From the NCBI GenBank assembly GCA_002789465.1, contig PFTH01000074.1:1-29134 (forward strand): a stretch of 29,134 nt of DNA. The letters are read 5' to 3'. Positions 1 to 8,003 of this stretch are shown one piece after another. Position numbers and translations under genes: made by a program. The stretch is from Candidatus Roizmanbacteria bacterium CG_4_9_14_0_8_um_filter_34_12. GTDB lineage: Bacteria > Patescibacteriota > Microgenomatia > UBA1406 > GWC2-37-13. Within the stretch, counting starts at the first letter, position 1. Every line of letters starts with the position of its first letter. The notes under the pieces are model-generated. The model ran no database searches and was not told the DNA's origin. It was given only the letters and a program-made list of their open reading frames with translations.

Positions 1-57
1 TAATGAGTTTAAGCGTTTAACGAACTTATTATTATTTTGCCTTTTAGGCTAATATCA

Positions 58-80
58 TACCACCACCTCTGGTGGTGGTA
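58..80. repeat. Perfect inverted repeat TACCACCACC-tct-GGTGGTGGTA
   Basis: 10-bp arms (58-67 and 71-80) with a 3-nt loop, just upstream of the GNAT reading frame. Confidence 0.8.
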
Positions 81-85
81 ATTGA

Positions 86-592
86 TTAAAGAAAGCAACT
101 ATAAAGGATATCGACGAAATTGTAAAAATTATAGACTTTGTTTTAAGTAATGATTTTTCTGCTTATAAAGACAAAACGATTCTTGCCTATCGAAAAAATG
201 TTTATACTAAAAAATATTTTCAAGAATTTCTTACTGATAAGAAAAATGTTGCTTTTGGAGCATATCATCAAAATAAATTAATTGGTTATATTGGGTTAAA
301 ACCTGAGCTTGGAGGTGTAATATTTATTGATTGGCTTGTGGTTAATAAAGATTATCGTAATTTGGGAATTGGTACAAAATTACTTCAATGTTGTGAAAAA
401 TGGGCATTAGAAAATAAGTTCCATTATCTTTTTCTTGGAACAATAATGGAACGAAAAGTTGAGTTTTATAAAAAGCATGGTTTTCGTATTCTAGGCACAC
501 ATGAAAACGGATGGTTTGGAGAAAATGATATTGTAATGTCCAAGAATTTGCGCGATAAACCGTTTGAAGAAATCTTCGAAATAAAAAATTAA
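86..592 (+). CDS. GNAT family N-acetyltransferase; start uncertain, longer than the 84-aa track call
   Basis: The frame of the 338..592 ORF is open back to 86 (LKKATIKDIDEIVKII...IGYIGL...IFIDWLVVNKDYRNLGIGTKLLQ...VEFYKKHGF). It has the acetyl-CoA motif A (RxxGxG) and FY.K.GF. No ATG/GTG/TTG occurs in frame before 338. Confidence 0.8.
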   Translation, partial: LKKATIKDIDEIVKIIDFVLSNDFSAYKDKTILAYRKNVYTKKYFQEFLTDKKNVAFGAYHQNKLIGYIGLKPELGGVIFIDWLVVNKDYRNLGIGTKLLQCCEKWALENKFHYLFLGTIMERKVEFYKKHGFRILGTHENGWFGENDIVMSKNLRDKPFEEIFEIKN

Positions 593-597
593 TCCAT

Positions 598-622
598 TTT
601 AGTTAATTAATTAACTAAAGTA
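598..622. repeat. AT-rich palindrome copy 1 (TTTAGTTAATTAATTAACTAAAGTA) between convergent genes; possible bidirectional terminator or REP-like element
   Basis: 598-619 is a perfect 22-bp palindrome; 598-622 is identical to 27885-27909. Confidence 0.8.
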
Positions 623-633
623 AAAACTTACAA

Positions 634-3564
634 TTACTTCCACGCGTCGCAGACGATTTTGAATGGGCAAAAGTCACAGTGGCGACCGGGTTGAGCAGGA
701 TATTGTTGCTGATTAATTTCTCCTGCAGTTTTAATAAGAGTATTCTTTATTAAAACAACATCGGTGTTTGTTTTTTTTATACTAATCTTTTCGTTGTTCT
801 GCAAATAAACGTATGAGAATGTAACTTGAGATAATTTTTTATTTAAAAATTGTTTATCGGTTACCGCCAGTGCGTAAACTGATAGTTGCAAATCTTTTTC
901 TAAGTCCTTAGGGGATGGTTGTTTACCGGTTTTATAGTCAATTATTTCCAGATTCCCCTTAGTATCAGTGTCAATGCGATCAATTTTACCGCTAACGTAG
1001 AGTTGCTGATTTATTTTTAGTTTAAAAAATTGTTCCAAACCAATAATTTTATTTTTCGGCGGATGGAATTTATGAAAATAACTTTCTAATATTTTTTTAC
1101 CTTCACTCTTTACACGGTTTTGATGAGCTTGAGAGTTAAAGCCGATTGGTATCCAGTTATCTCGATATATTTCCAATAATTTTTTAAATTTTACAGACCG
1201 ATTATTCAAATATTCTTTATAAAAATTTTGGAGCGTATTGTGAATGGTCTGTCCGAAACTCGCACTCGAATTGGTTTGATTTGGTAGGTTTAGTTGATAT
1301 CGATAAAAGTAGCGTAAAGGACAAGTTTGATATGTATCAAGATGAGAAAAAGATAATCTTTGTTGTTTAGATGTATGTGGAAGGCTGAGAGAAATTAAAG
1401 GTTTGTTAATTGCAAAGTCATATAAAACTTTTTTACCTTGTGCGAGTTTAGTCATTTGTGGTACATGATTATTTCCGAAAGTTTCTTCAACAAACTGCGA
1501 TATTTTTCGTGAACGTTTTCCATCACCATAGATTAAAGAAGAAGACAAAAATAATCTATTTTTCGCCCTGGTTATAGCAACGTAAAACAATCGTCTTTCT
1601 TCTAAAATATGAGGATTACCGGTTGGTAAAATTTCTTTGATTAATTCATCAGGGATAGGAATGGTTTCGTGGCGGTCATAGGTTGGAAAACGACCTTGAC
1701 TTAAGTTAACTAAAAATACAGTTGGAAATTCTAAACCCTTGGCAGAATGAATCGTTAGTATATGAACTGCGTTTTTATCTGAAAAATCATCACTTGCAGC
1801 TTGTGGTGATTCACCGATTTCTAAACTTAAATTAAGATACTCAACTGTTTGGAAAATCGAAGGTTCTTTCTGTTGATTTTCTAAAGCCTTAATTTTCGTA
1901 AAAAACTTAGCTAGATTAGAAACAGTTGTTTCCGCTAATTTTGTATCCTTTTGACTTAACGTTTTAATAGTGCCGGTTTTATCAAGAAAATCATAAATAA
2001 TTTGACTGGCAGGAAGATTACGTAGTTGTTTTAAATGTTCTTTTATTAAAGTGACTATTTTTAATAATTGTTTTTTGGTTTGACCTGATAAAAGTGGGAT
2101 ATATGGTTGGTAAATTTTATAGTTTTCGTCAAATACTGGTTCAAGTAAGTTTAAATAAATTTCACAAGCATTATATAAAGAAAGATTAGTTTTTCTAGCG
2201 AAACTTACCAAACGTGCAGTATCTTGCGGATTAGTATTGATTATTGACATAGTTAAAACACGGTAAAAAGAAGGAGTGTTTTCTAAATCAACAAGTGTCT
2301 GTAGATAAGCGATTAGATCTTTAATTGCAGGTTGTTTGAAAAGCGCTCCTGGACCGTGAAACTGATAGGGAATTCCATAGTGGGAAAGACTGCGTTGAAA
2401 AGGTTCGCTGTGATTATTGGCGCGAACTAAAATTGAAAAATCTGAAAAATTATTATTCTTACTCAACTTTTTAATTGTTTGTGCCACTGCTTCAGCTTCA
2501 TCAGTATCGTTTTGAAAGAGTTTAAATTCCGGTGGTTGGATACCTCTTTTTGTTTTTGGATATGAAAATAACTCTTTACTAATTCCCAGTTGTGTTTCCA
2601 AAGTGTCAGGATTATTATGACGAACAAGACGATAGGCAGAGTCAAGGATTGATTGATGAGAACGATAATTAGTTATAAGACTTACTTGTTTTGCTTTAGG
2701 ATAGTCTTTGATAAACGCAAGCAAATTTGAAACTGATGCGCCGCGAAATTTGTAAATTGCCTGTGAGTCATCGCCAACTACAGTAATTCTTGATTTTTTT
2801 GAGGGAGGACAAAGAAGTTTAATCAATTGATATTGTGCAATATTTGTATCCTGGAATTCATCTATCAATAGATACTTAAACTTTTGTTGATATATATGCA
2901 GTAAATTTTTTCGAGAACGAAATAACTGAAGTAATAACATAATCAAATCTGCAAAATCACAATATCCTTCTTTGGTTTTCAGTGTTTGAAAAATTTTATA
3001 TGCATTAGCAAGTTCTTGATATTTATTTAAATCTTCAGGATTTAATGTTTTTTTCTTTTTTTGAACTTTTACCCAAATCAAATAATCAAGTGGAGTGATG
3101 TCCTCATCGCGTAGTCTAGAGAAATGTTGAAGTAATCCCTCAATAAATTTATCAGGATTGTTAAGAGGACGATAATAATGAAGTGGTAATAAATATAAAT
3201 TTTTCCGTAAAAAGAGAATTGACTCGGCCTGTGATAATAATCTATACCCAGATGATAATCCAATATGATGAATTTCTTGACGCAAAATCTGGTCGGCAAA
3301 AGAATGAAACGTAGAAATCCAGGTTTGGAAACAACCATAGGGTAGTGCAATGTCAACCCGCTCTTCCATTTCCCGCGCCGCTTTTTCCGTGAATGTCAGA
3401 GCAACAATTTCTTCGGGTTTGGCAAGTTCTTTTTCAATTAAATATTTAATTTTTTCAACCAAGGTAAAAGTTTTTCCTGTTCCCGCCCCGGCAATGATTA
3501 AAAGAGGTCCTTGATGATATTCTATTGCTTGTTTTTGTTTGGAGTTGGGAAGATACGTTGACAT
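634..3564 (-). CDS. UvrD/PcrA-family SF1A DNA helicase fused to a C-terminal RecB-like PD-(D/E)XK nuclease with four Cys (AdnAB/AddAB-like)
   Basis: Helicase motifs AGAGTGKT, IDEFQD, VGDDSQAIYKFRGA, LTIHSAKGLEF and EERRLFYVAITRA; C-terminal CPLRY...GKIDRID...IIDYKTG...QLSVYA...CDFCPFKIVC. Confidence 0.92.
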   Translation of the reverse strand: MSTYLPNSKQKQAIEYHQGPLLIIAGAGTGKTFTLVEKIKYLIEKELAKPEEIVALTFTEKAAREMEERVDIALPYGCFQTWISTFHSFADQILRQEIHHIGLSSGYRLLSQAESILFLRKNLYLLPLHYYRPLNNPDKFIEGLLQHFSRLRDEDITPLDYLIWVKVQKKKKTLNPEDLNKYQELANAYKIFQTLKTKEGYCDFADLIMLLLQLFRSRKNLLHIYQQKFKYLLIDEFQDTNIAQYQLIKLLCPPSKKSRITVVGDDSQAIYKFRGASVSNLLAFIKDYPKAKQVSLITNYRSHQSILDSAYRLVRHNNPDTLETQLGISKELFSYPKTKRGIQPPEFKLFQNDTDEAEAVAQTIKKLSKNNNFSDFSILVRANNHSEPFQRSLSHYGIPYQFHGPGALFKQPAIKDLIAYLQTLVDLENTPSFYRVLTMSIINTNPQDTARLVSFARKTNLSLYNACEIYLNLLEPVFDENYKIYQPYIPLLSGQTKKQLLKIVTLIKEHLKQLRNLPASQIIYDFLDKTGTIKTLSQKDTKLAETTVSNLAKFFTKIKALENQQKEPSIFQTVEYLNLSLEIGESPQAASDDFSDKNAVHILTIHSAKGLEFPTVFLVNLSQGRFPTYDRHETIPIPDELIKEILPTGNPHILEERRLFYVAITRAKNRLFLSSSLIYGDGKRSRKISQFVEETFGNNHVPQMTKLAQGKKVLYDFAINKPLISLSLPHTSKQQRLSFSHLDTYQTCPLRYFYRYQLNLPNQTNSSASFGQTIHNTLQNFYKEYLNNRSVKFKKLLEIYRDNWIPIGFNSQAHQNRVKSEGKKILESYFHKFHPPKNKIIGLEQFFKLKINQQLYVSGKIDRIDTDTKGNLEIIDYKTGKQPSPKDLEKDLQLSVYALAVTDKQFLNKKLSQVTFSYVYLQNNEKISIKKTNTDVVLIKNTLIKTAGEINQQQYPAQPGRHCDFCPFKIVCDAWK

Positions 3565-3570
3565 GAGGTA

Positions 3571-3576
3571 ATTATA
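3571..3576 (-). promoter_or_regulatory. Putative -10 box TATAAT 6 nt upstream of the helicase ATG (leaderless geometry)
   Basis: The plus strand reads ATTATA at 3571-3576 and the start codon is at 3564; no clear -35. Confidence 0.4.
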
Positions 3577-3618
3577 AGGTAAAAGTAATAAGAATAATGA
3601 ATAAAGAATTATAAATAA

Positions 3619-3653
3619 TACAAAATTGAAAATTTTGTAATTCTTATAAGAAT
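3619..3653 (-). terminator. Possible weak terminator or hairpin pair downstream of the membrane protein gene
   Basis: TACAAAATT-gaa-AATTTTGTA (3619-3639) next to a 14-bp palindrome ATTCTTATAAGAAT (3640-3653); U-rich tail on the minus strand; the stems are AT-rich. Confidence 0.3.
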
Positions 3654-3665
3654 AAAAGACTGCTT

Positions 3666-4496
3666 TTATTTCTCAACTTTTTTTATCCGTAACATAAGGT
3701 AGAAAAAAAGCGTAGTGAGTAGAGTTTGGGAAATTAAAAGATAGATAAAGTTAAAACGGAAAACTGTCATTAAAATAAAAGTCAGCATAATCGGTGTGGT
3801 GGATGCGTGATAGGCAATATGATACAAACTATTCCTTTGCCAGTGATGTTTTTGTTTTAGATTACAAATAAAAAGATAAATTGTAATTAGAATAGTTATC
3901 AAAATAAACTGTTGGAACAAAAGCCAAGCGGGTAAAAAAACGATAAAGTAAATTAAAGCTAATTGATAAACAGAAACCAAGCTCCTATATATAATAGGTA
4001 TATTATTAATAATTGTTTTATGGTCGATTTGTAAAGAGGCGCTTGGCAATGGAAAAATAAAAGGTTTTTGTTGTTGCCACTTATTACTGACGACGATATT
4101 CGTTGCGGATAAAAGAATAACAGAGTTATATTCTAAAATTTTTTTAGTTTCAGCTGTTTCATCAACCACAACTAAGGGTTGGAAACGTTTTTGGTTTAGA
4201 CGAAAAAAATACGGTTTGTAATAATTAGTTGAAAGAAAACCCCGATCAATTTTGATAACTAACTCTTCAGGAAAAATAGAAAGTGCAGAAATAACTTGAT
4301 TTTTTAAAATCCTAAACTTACTTGGACGAAAATGCCAAAGATTAATCAATCCGCCCAATATTTGCAATATTATAGCTAAGACAAGTAGATAGTTTAAGGT
4401 TAAAGACCAATGAGAGTGAAAAAGATGATTATAAAAGTCGTGTTTGAGGGTAGCGCTTTGTATAAATGTTTGTAAAAATCGCTTGACTTTGTTCAT
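3666..4496 (-). CDS. Multi-pass membrane protein, possibly DUF1189-like
   Basis: N-terminal TM segment, soluble middle region and about three C-terminal hydrophobic segments. ATG 4496 (MNKVKRF) is preferred because the track's TTG 4535 coincides with a -35 box. The family assignment is from memory only. Confidence 0.65.
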   Translation of the reverse strand: MNKVKRFLQTFIQSATLKHDFYNHLFHSHWSLTLNYLLVLAIILQILGGLINLWHFRPSKFRILKNQVISALSIFPEELVIKIDRGFLSTNYYKPYFFRLNQKRFQPLVVVDETAETKKILEYNSVILLSATNIVVSNKWQQQKPFIFPLPSASLQIDHKTIINNIPIIYRSLVSVYQLALIYFIVFLPAWLLFQQFILITILITIYLFICNLKQKHHWQRNSLYHIAYHASTTPIMLTFILMTVFRFNFIYLLISQTLLTTLFFYLMLRIKKVEK

Positions 4497-4506
4497 TGAT
4501 ATCTTT

Positions 4507-4535
4507 ATCATAAAAAACATTGGTAATAAATTCAA
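4507..4535 (-). promoter_or_regulatory. sigma70-type promoter TTGAAT-17-TATGAT for the membrane protein gene
   Basis: Minus strand -35 at 4535-4530, 17-nt spacer, -10 at 4512-4507, 10 nt before ATG 4496. Confidence 0.55.
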
Positions 4536-4559
4536 CTCGCGTTATTTATCAAACTGCGG

Positions 4560-4588
4560 TTGCATTTTAATTTTGCGGCATCTATAAT
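4560..4588 (+). promoter_or_regulatory. sigma70-type promoter TTGCAT-17-TATAAT for tuf-rpsJ
   Basis: -35 at 4560-4565, exact 17-nt spacer, perfect -10 at 4583-4588, 47 nt upstream of tuf. Confidence 0.75.
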
Positions 4589-4635
4589 AATGCCAACTTA
4601 TTTATTATCATTATTTATAAATTTATTTTAATAAT

Positions 4636-5820
4636 ATGGCACAAGCTGTCTTTTTGAGAAATAAACCGCATTTAAACATTGGAACAATCGGTCATGTTGA
4701 TCATGGAAAAACCACTCTTACTTCCGCTATCCATTATGTTTTATCAAAAAAAGGATTAGCAAAATTTCTTAAATATGAAGAAATTGATAAAGCTCCAGAA
4801 GAAAAAGCACGTGGAGTGACTATTAATCTTCATCATTCTGAATATGAAACCGCAAAGCGTCACTATGCACATATCGATGCTCCAGGACACGCTGATTATA
4901 TTAAAAACATGATTACCGGTGCTGCTCAAATGGATGGAGCAATTCTTGTAGTTTCTGCTCCGGACGGACCAATGCCTCAAACACGAGAACATATTTTACT
5001 TGCTCAACAAGTTAATGTTCCGGGAATTATAGTTTTCTTAAACAAATGTGATATGGTTCAAGATAAAGAAATCCTAGATTTAGTGGAAATGGAAGTTCGA
5101 GATCTGTTGACAAAGTATAAATTCCCAGGTGATAAGATTCCTGTTATTCGTGGATCAGCATTAAAAGCCCTATCTGATGATCCAGAAGGAATCAAGGCGA
5201 TTGAAAAATTAATGAAAACAGTTGATGAATATTTTCCAGAACCGATTCGTCCACTTGACAAACCATTCTTAATGCCGGTTGAAGATGTTTTTACAATTTC
5301 CGGGAGAGGAACGGTTGCAACAGGTAGAGTTGAAAGAGGAGTAATCAAAACTGGAGAAGAGGTGGAGATCGTTGGTATTAAAAATACAAAAAAATCTGTC
5401 ATTACCGGAGTTGAGATGTTTAGAAAGACCTTAGATGAGGCTCGAGCTGGTGATAACGTTGGATTATTACTTAGAGGAATTGAAAAAGATGACATTCAAC
5501 GTGGACAAGTAATTGCAAAACCAGGCTCAATCACTCCACATACAGAGTTTGAAGCAGAAGTTTATATTTTAAAAAAAGAAGAGGGTGGTCGACACACACC
5601 ATTTTTTAAGGGATATCGTCCACAGTTTTACATCAGAACAACAGATATCACAGGTGAACTTAATTTACCAGAAAAGGTAGAAATGGTGATGCCCGGAGAT
5701 AATGTTAAGATCACTGGAAAATTAATTTATCCTGTTGCAATGGAAGCAGGATTAAAGTTTGCCATTCGTGAAGGTGGTCACACAGTTGGAGCTGGTGTGA
5801 TTACGAAGATTATCAAATAA
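4636..5820 (+). CDS. tuf: Elongation factor Tu
   Basis: [28 protein letters not shown]; 394 aa. Confidence 0.99.
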   Translation: MAQAVFLRNKPHLNIGTIGHVDHGKTTLTSAIHYVLSKKGLAKFLKYEEIDKAPEEKARGVTINLHHSEYETAKRHYAHIDAPGHADYIKNMITGAAQMDGAILVVSAPDGPMPQTREHILLAQQVNVPGIIVFLNKCDMVQDKEILDLVEMEVRDLLTKYKFPGDKIPVIRGSALKALSDDPEGIKAIEKLMKTVDEYFPEPIRPLDKPFLMPVEDVFTISGRGTVATGRVERGVIKTGEEVEIVGIKNTKKSVITGVEMFRKTLDEARAGDNVGLLLRGIEKDDIQRGQVIAKPGSITPHTEFEAEVYILKKEEGGRHTPFFKGYRPQFYIRTTDITGELNLPEKVEMVMPGDNVKITGKLIYPVAMEAGLKFAIREGGHTVGAGVITKIIK

Positions 5821-5863
5821 CAAAATCAGAGATAATCTATCAGTAATTGAGCTCTTTTAAATT

Positions 5864-6172
5864 ATGCCAAAGGGAAGAATTCGGATTAAACTTAAAGCGT
5901 ATGATTATCGTTTAATTGATGAAACCTGCCAAAAATTGGTTGATACGGCAGTGCGTACTGGAGCATCGGTTATCGGTCCAGTTCCATTACCTGTTCATAA
6001 AGAGACATATATGGTTAATAAAGCATCATTTATCGATAAAAACGCTCGTGAACGCTTTGGCTTAAAAATACACAAACGTCTACTTGACATTGTTAACCCC
6101 ACTAATCAAACAATTGATTCACTCATGCATTTAGAATTACCTGCCGGTGTTGAAGTGTTAGTCAAGATGTAA
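5864..6172 (+). CDS. rpsJ: 30S ribosomal protein S10
   Basis: RIRIKLKAYDYRLID...GPVPLP...HKRLLDI. Confidence 0.98.
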   Translation: MPKGRIRIKLKAYDYRLIDETCQKLVDTAVRTGASVIGPVPLPVHKETYMVNKASFIDKNARERFGLKIHKRLLDIVNPTNQTIDSLMHLELPAGVEVLVKM

Positions 6173-6181
6173 AAAATCTGG

Positions 6182-6210
6182 TTGACCGACAGTCTTTAAT
6201 AATATATAAT
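6182..6210 (+). promoter_or_regulatory. Internal sigma70-type promoter TTGACC-17-TATAAT upstream of rplC
   Basis: -35 at 6182-6187 (5/6 match to TTGACA), 17-nt spacer, perfect -10 at 6205-6210. Confidence 0.75.
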
Positions 6211-6218
6211 AGTTCCCG

Positions 6219-6260
6219 ATGATAATTTTGTATCAACAAACTTATTATTGTTATTTTTAA
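6219..6260 (+). CDS. Candidate leader peptide (uORF) MIILYQQTYYCYF*
   Basis: ATG 8 nt after the -10 box; TAA at 6258-6260 is 2 nt before the antiterminator 5' arm; four TAT codons. It is short enough to be chance. Confidence 0.4.
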   Translation: MIILYQQTYYCYF

Positions 6261-6262
6261 AG

Positions 6263-6293
6263 CAGATTGGTTGAAATTGTCAGCCCCAATCTG
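6263..6293 (+). promoter_or_regulatory. Putative antiterminator hairpin of the rplC leader
   Basis: CAGATT/AATCTG plus GGTTGA/TCAGCC: 12 pairs (one G.U), a 2-nt bulge and a 5-nt loop; sequesters the 5' arm and loop of the terminator. Confidence 0.65.
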
Positions 6294-6303
6294 GGGCTTT
6301 TTT
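6282..6303 (+). terminator. Intrinsic terminator in the rplC leader
   Basis: AGCCCCA-atc-TGGGGCT followed by TTTTT; 5 G-C pairs. Confidence 0.75.
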
Positions 6304-6322
6304 ATTTGATTAATTTCTATTT

Positions 6323-6997
6323 ATGACAGGTTTTATTCTTGGACAAAAAAATAAACAGACACAAGCATATAATACGGCTGGTATTCGTATACCAGTAACA
6401 TATATTAAAACCTCTCCTTGTTATTTAATTGCTATTCAAAAACCAGAAACACAACGTTATTTTGCTATTAAACTGGGTTTTGGATTAGCCAATCAAATTA
6501 AAAAATCAACTTTTGGAGAAGTTAAAAAGGCGGGGATAATGACCCCGCTTAATTTTTATAAAGAGTTTCGGTTAGAGAAACATCCAACAATTAAAGCAAT
6601 CGAAGAGAATGGAAAAAGTGGAATATCAGTCGGAGATAAAAAAATGCTAATTGGAGATTTGATTGATGCTTCTATTTTTTTTAAACCCGGTGATAAGGTG
6701 CAAGTCAGTGCCATTGCTAAAGGTAAGGGGTTTCAAGGAGTAGTTACTCGTCATCATTTTAAAGGTGGTCCTCATACTCATGGACAGTCAGATCGCGAAA
6801 GAGCTCCTGGTTCAATTGGGCAAACTACTACGCCAGGACGGGTTTATAAAGGAAAACGTATGGCAGGGCGAATGGGAGGACAACGGGTAACAATAAAAAA
6901 TTTAGTTATACATGAAGTTACAAAAGAAAGTATCGCCATTGCGGGTTTAATTCCGGGGAGTAAAAAAGCAAATGTCGAAATCATAAGTAAAACCTAA
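6323..6997 (+). CDS. rplC: 50S ribosomal protein L3
   Basis: KGKGFQGVVTRHHF, HGQSDRERAPGSIG, RVYKGKRMAGRMG. Confidence 0.98.
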   Translation: MTGFILGQKNKQTQAYNTAGIRIPVTYIKTSPCYLIAIQKPETQRYFAIKLGFGLANQIKKSTFGEVKKAGIMTPLNFYKEFRLEKHPTIKAIEENGKSGISVGDKKMLIGDLIDASIFFKPGDKVQVSAIAKGKGFQGVVTRHHFKGGPHTHGQSDRERAPGSIGQTTTPGRVYKGKRMAGRMGGQRVTIKNLVIHEVTKESIAIAGLIPGSKKANVEIISKT

Positions 6998-7011
6998 TTA
7001 TTAATAATAGT

Positions 7012-7710
7012 ATGGAAACAAAAAGTAAATTAAAAAAATTGGAAAAAAATCTTACTAAAAAGAAAGTTGTTGATTCAAATGGTACTAACTTGAATATTTA
7101 TAATAGTGAAGGTAAGCAAAGTGCTACGATTGAGTTGGATAAAAAATGGGCTAAGGTGAAAATTAATCCAAAGACTCTTGCTCAATATGTCCACATTTAT
7201 TTAACTAACCAAAGGCAAGGAACGGTTTCAGCAAAAACTCGGGGTGACATTATTGGTTCGACTAAAAAAATATACAAACAAAAAGGAACAGGACGAGCAC
7301 GGCATGGGAGTCGAAAAGCGCCAATTTTTGTTGGTGGCGGTGTTGTTGGAGGACCAAAACCAAGATTATTTTCTTCTCGTTTTAACAAACAACAGTTAAC
7401 AATAACCATTCAGGCGGCACTCGCAACAAAATTAAAAAATAAAGAGGTGATTATTTTAGAAGATAGTGCATTAAAAATGCCTTTAAAAACAAAGTCATAT
7501 GCACAAATGTTTAATCAAATTAATCCAAAACGCCAGGAATGTTTATTGCTCTTAACAGAAGATAATAATAACGCCCGTCAAGCATGTAATAATATTCCAT
7601 ATATAAAAATGGAAATTCTAAGAAATCTTAACCCATATATAATTTTAAGATATAAGTTAATAATAATGACAGTTAGTATGTTGACAGATTTAACAAAACA
7701 GCTTAAATAA
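7012..7710 (+). CDS. rplD: 50S ribosomal protein L4 with Lys-rich N-terminal extension
   Basis: QKGTGRARHGSRKAPIFVGGGVVGGPKPR. Confidence 0.98.
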   Translation: METKSKLKKLEKNLTKKKVVDSNGTNLNIYNSEGKQSATIELDKKWAKVKINPKTLAQYVHIYLTNQRQGTVSAKTRGDIIGSTKKIYKQKGTGRARHGSRKAPIFVGGGVVGGPKPRLFSSRFNKQQLTITIQAALATKLKNKEVIILEDSALKMPLKTKSYAQMFNQINPKRQECLLLLTEDNNNARQACNNIPYIKMEILRNLNPYIILRYKLIIMTVSMLTDLTKQLK

Positions 7711-7712
7711 AT

Positions 7713-8000
7713 ATGAAACTATCAGATGTGATTATAAAACCATTAATTACAGAAAAAGCTACTGGAAAAGCACAAATCGAAGTCTATACTTTTGTAATTC
7801 ATAATCAAGCTGGAAAAGCTCAGATAAAAACAGTTTTAGAAAGTATATATAAAGTTAAGGTTAAATCAGTTAACATTACGAATCGTCATGGTAAAACAAG
7901 AAGAGTGGGAAAATACCGATTAGTTAAAACACTACCAAATAAAAAAATTGCATACGTTACACTGAAGTCGGGTCAAATTGATATTTTTCCAAAAGCATAA
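7713..8000 (+). CDS. rplW: 50S ribosomal protein L23
   Basis: VIIKPLITEKA...KKIAYVTL. Confidence 0.96.
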   Translation: MKLSDVIIKPLITEKATGKAQIEVYTFVIHNQAGKAQIKTVLESIYKVKVKSVNITNRHGKTRRVGKYRLVKTLPNKKIAYVTLKSGQIDIFPKA

Positions 8001-8003
8001 CTT

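Noticed and set aside
2463-3356. Same-strand alternative-frame ORFs within the helicase (2463-2645, 3078-3356)
   Set aside because: The helicase frame is uninterrupted with all motifs in order, so no frameshift or overprinting needs to be invoked
6528-6550. GC hairpin GCGGGG-N7-CCCCGC inside rplC resembling the ACCCCG/CGGGGT element ends
   Set aside because: Only 6-8 bp, within coding sequence, with no matching terminal repeats; insufficient evidence
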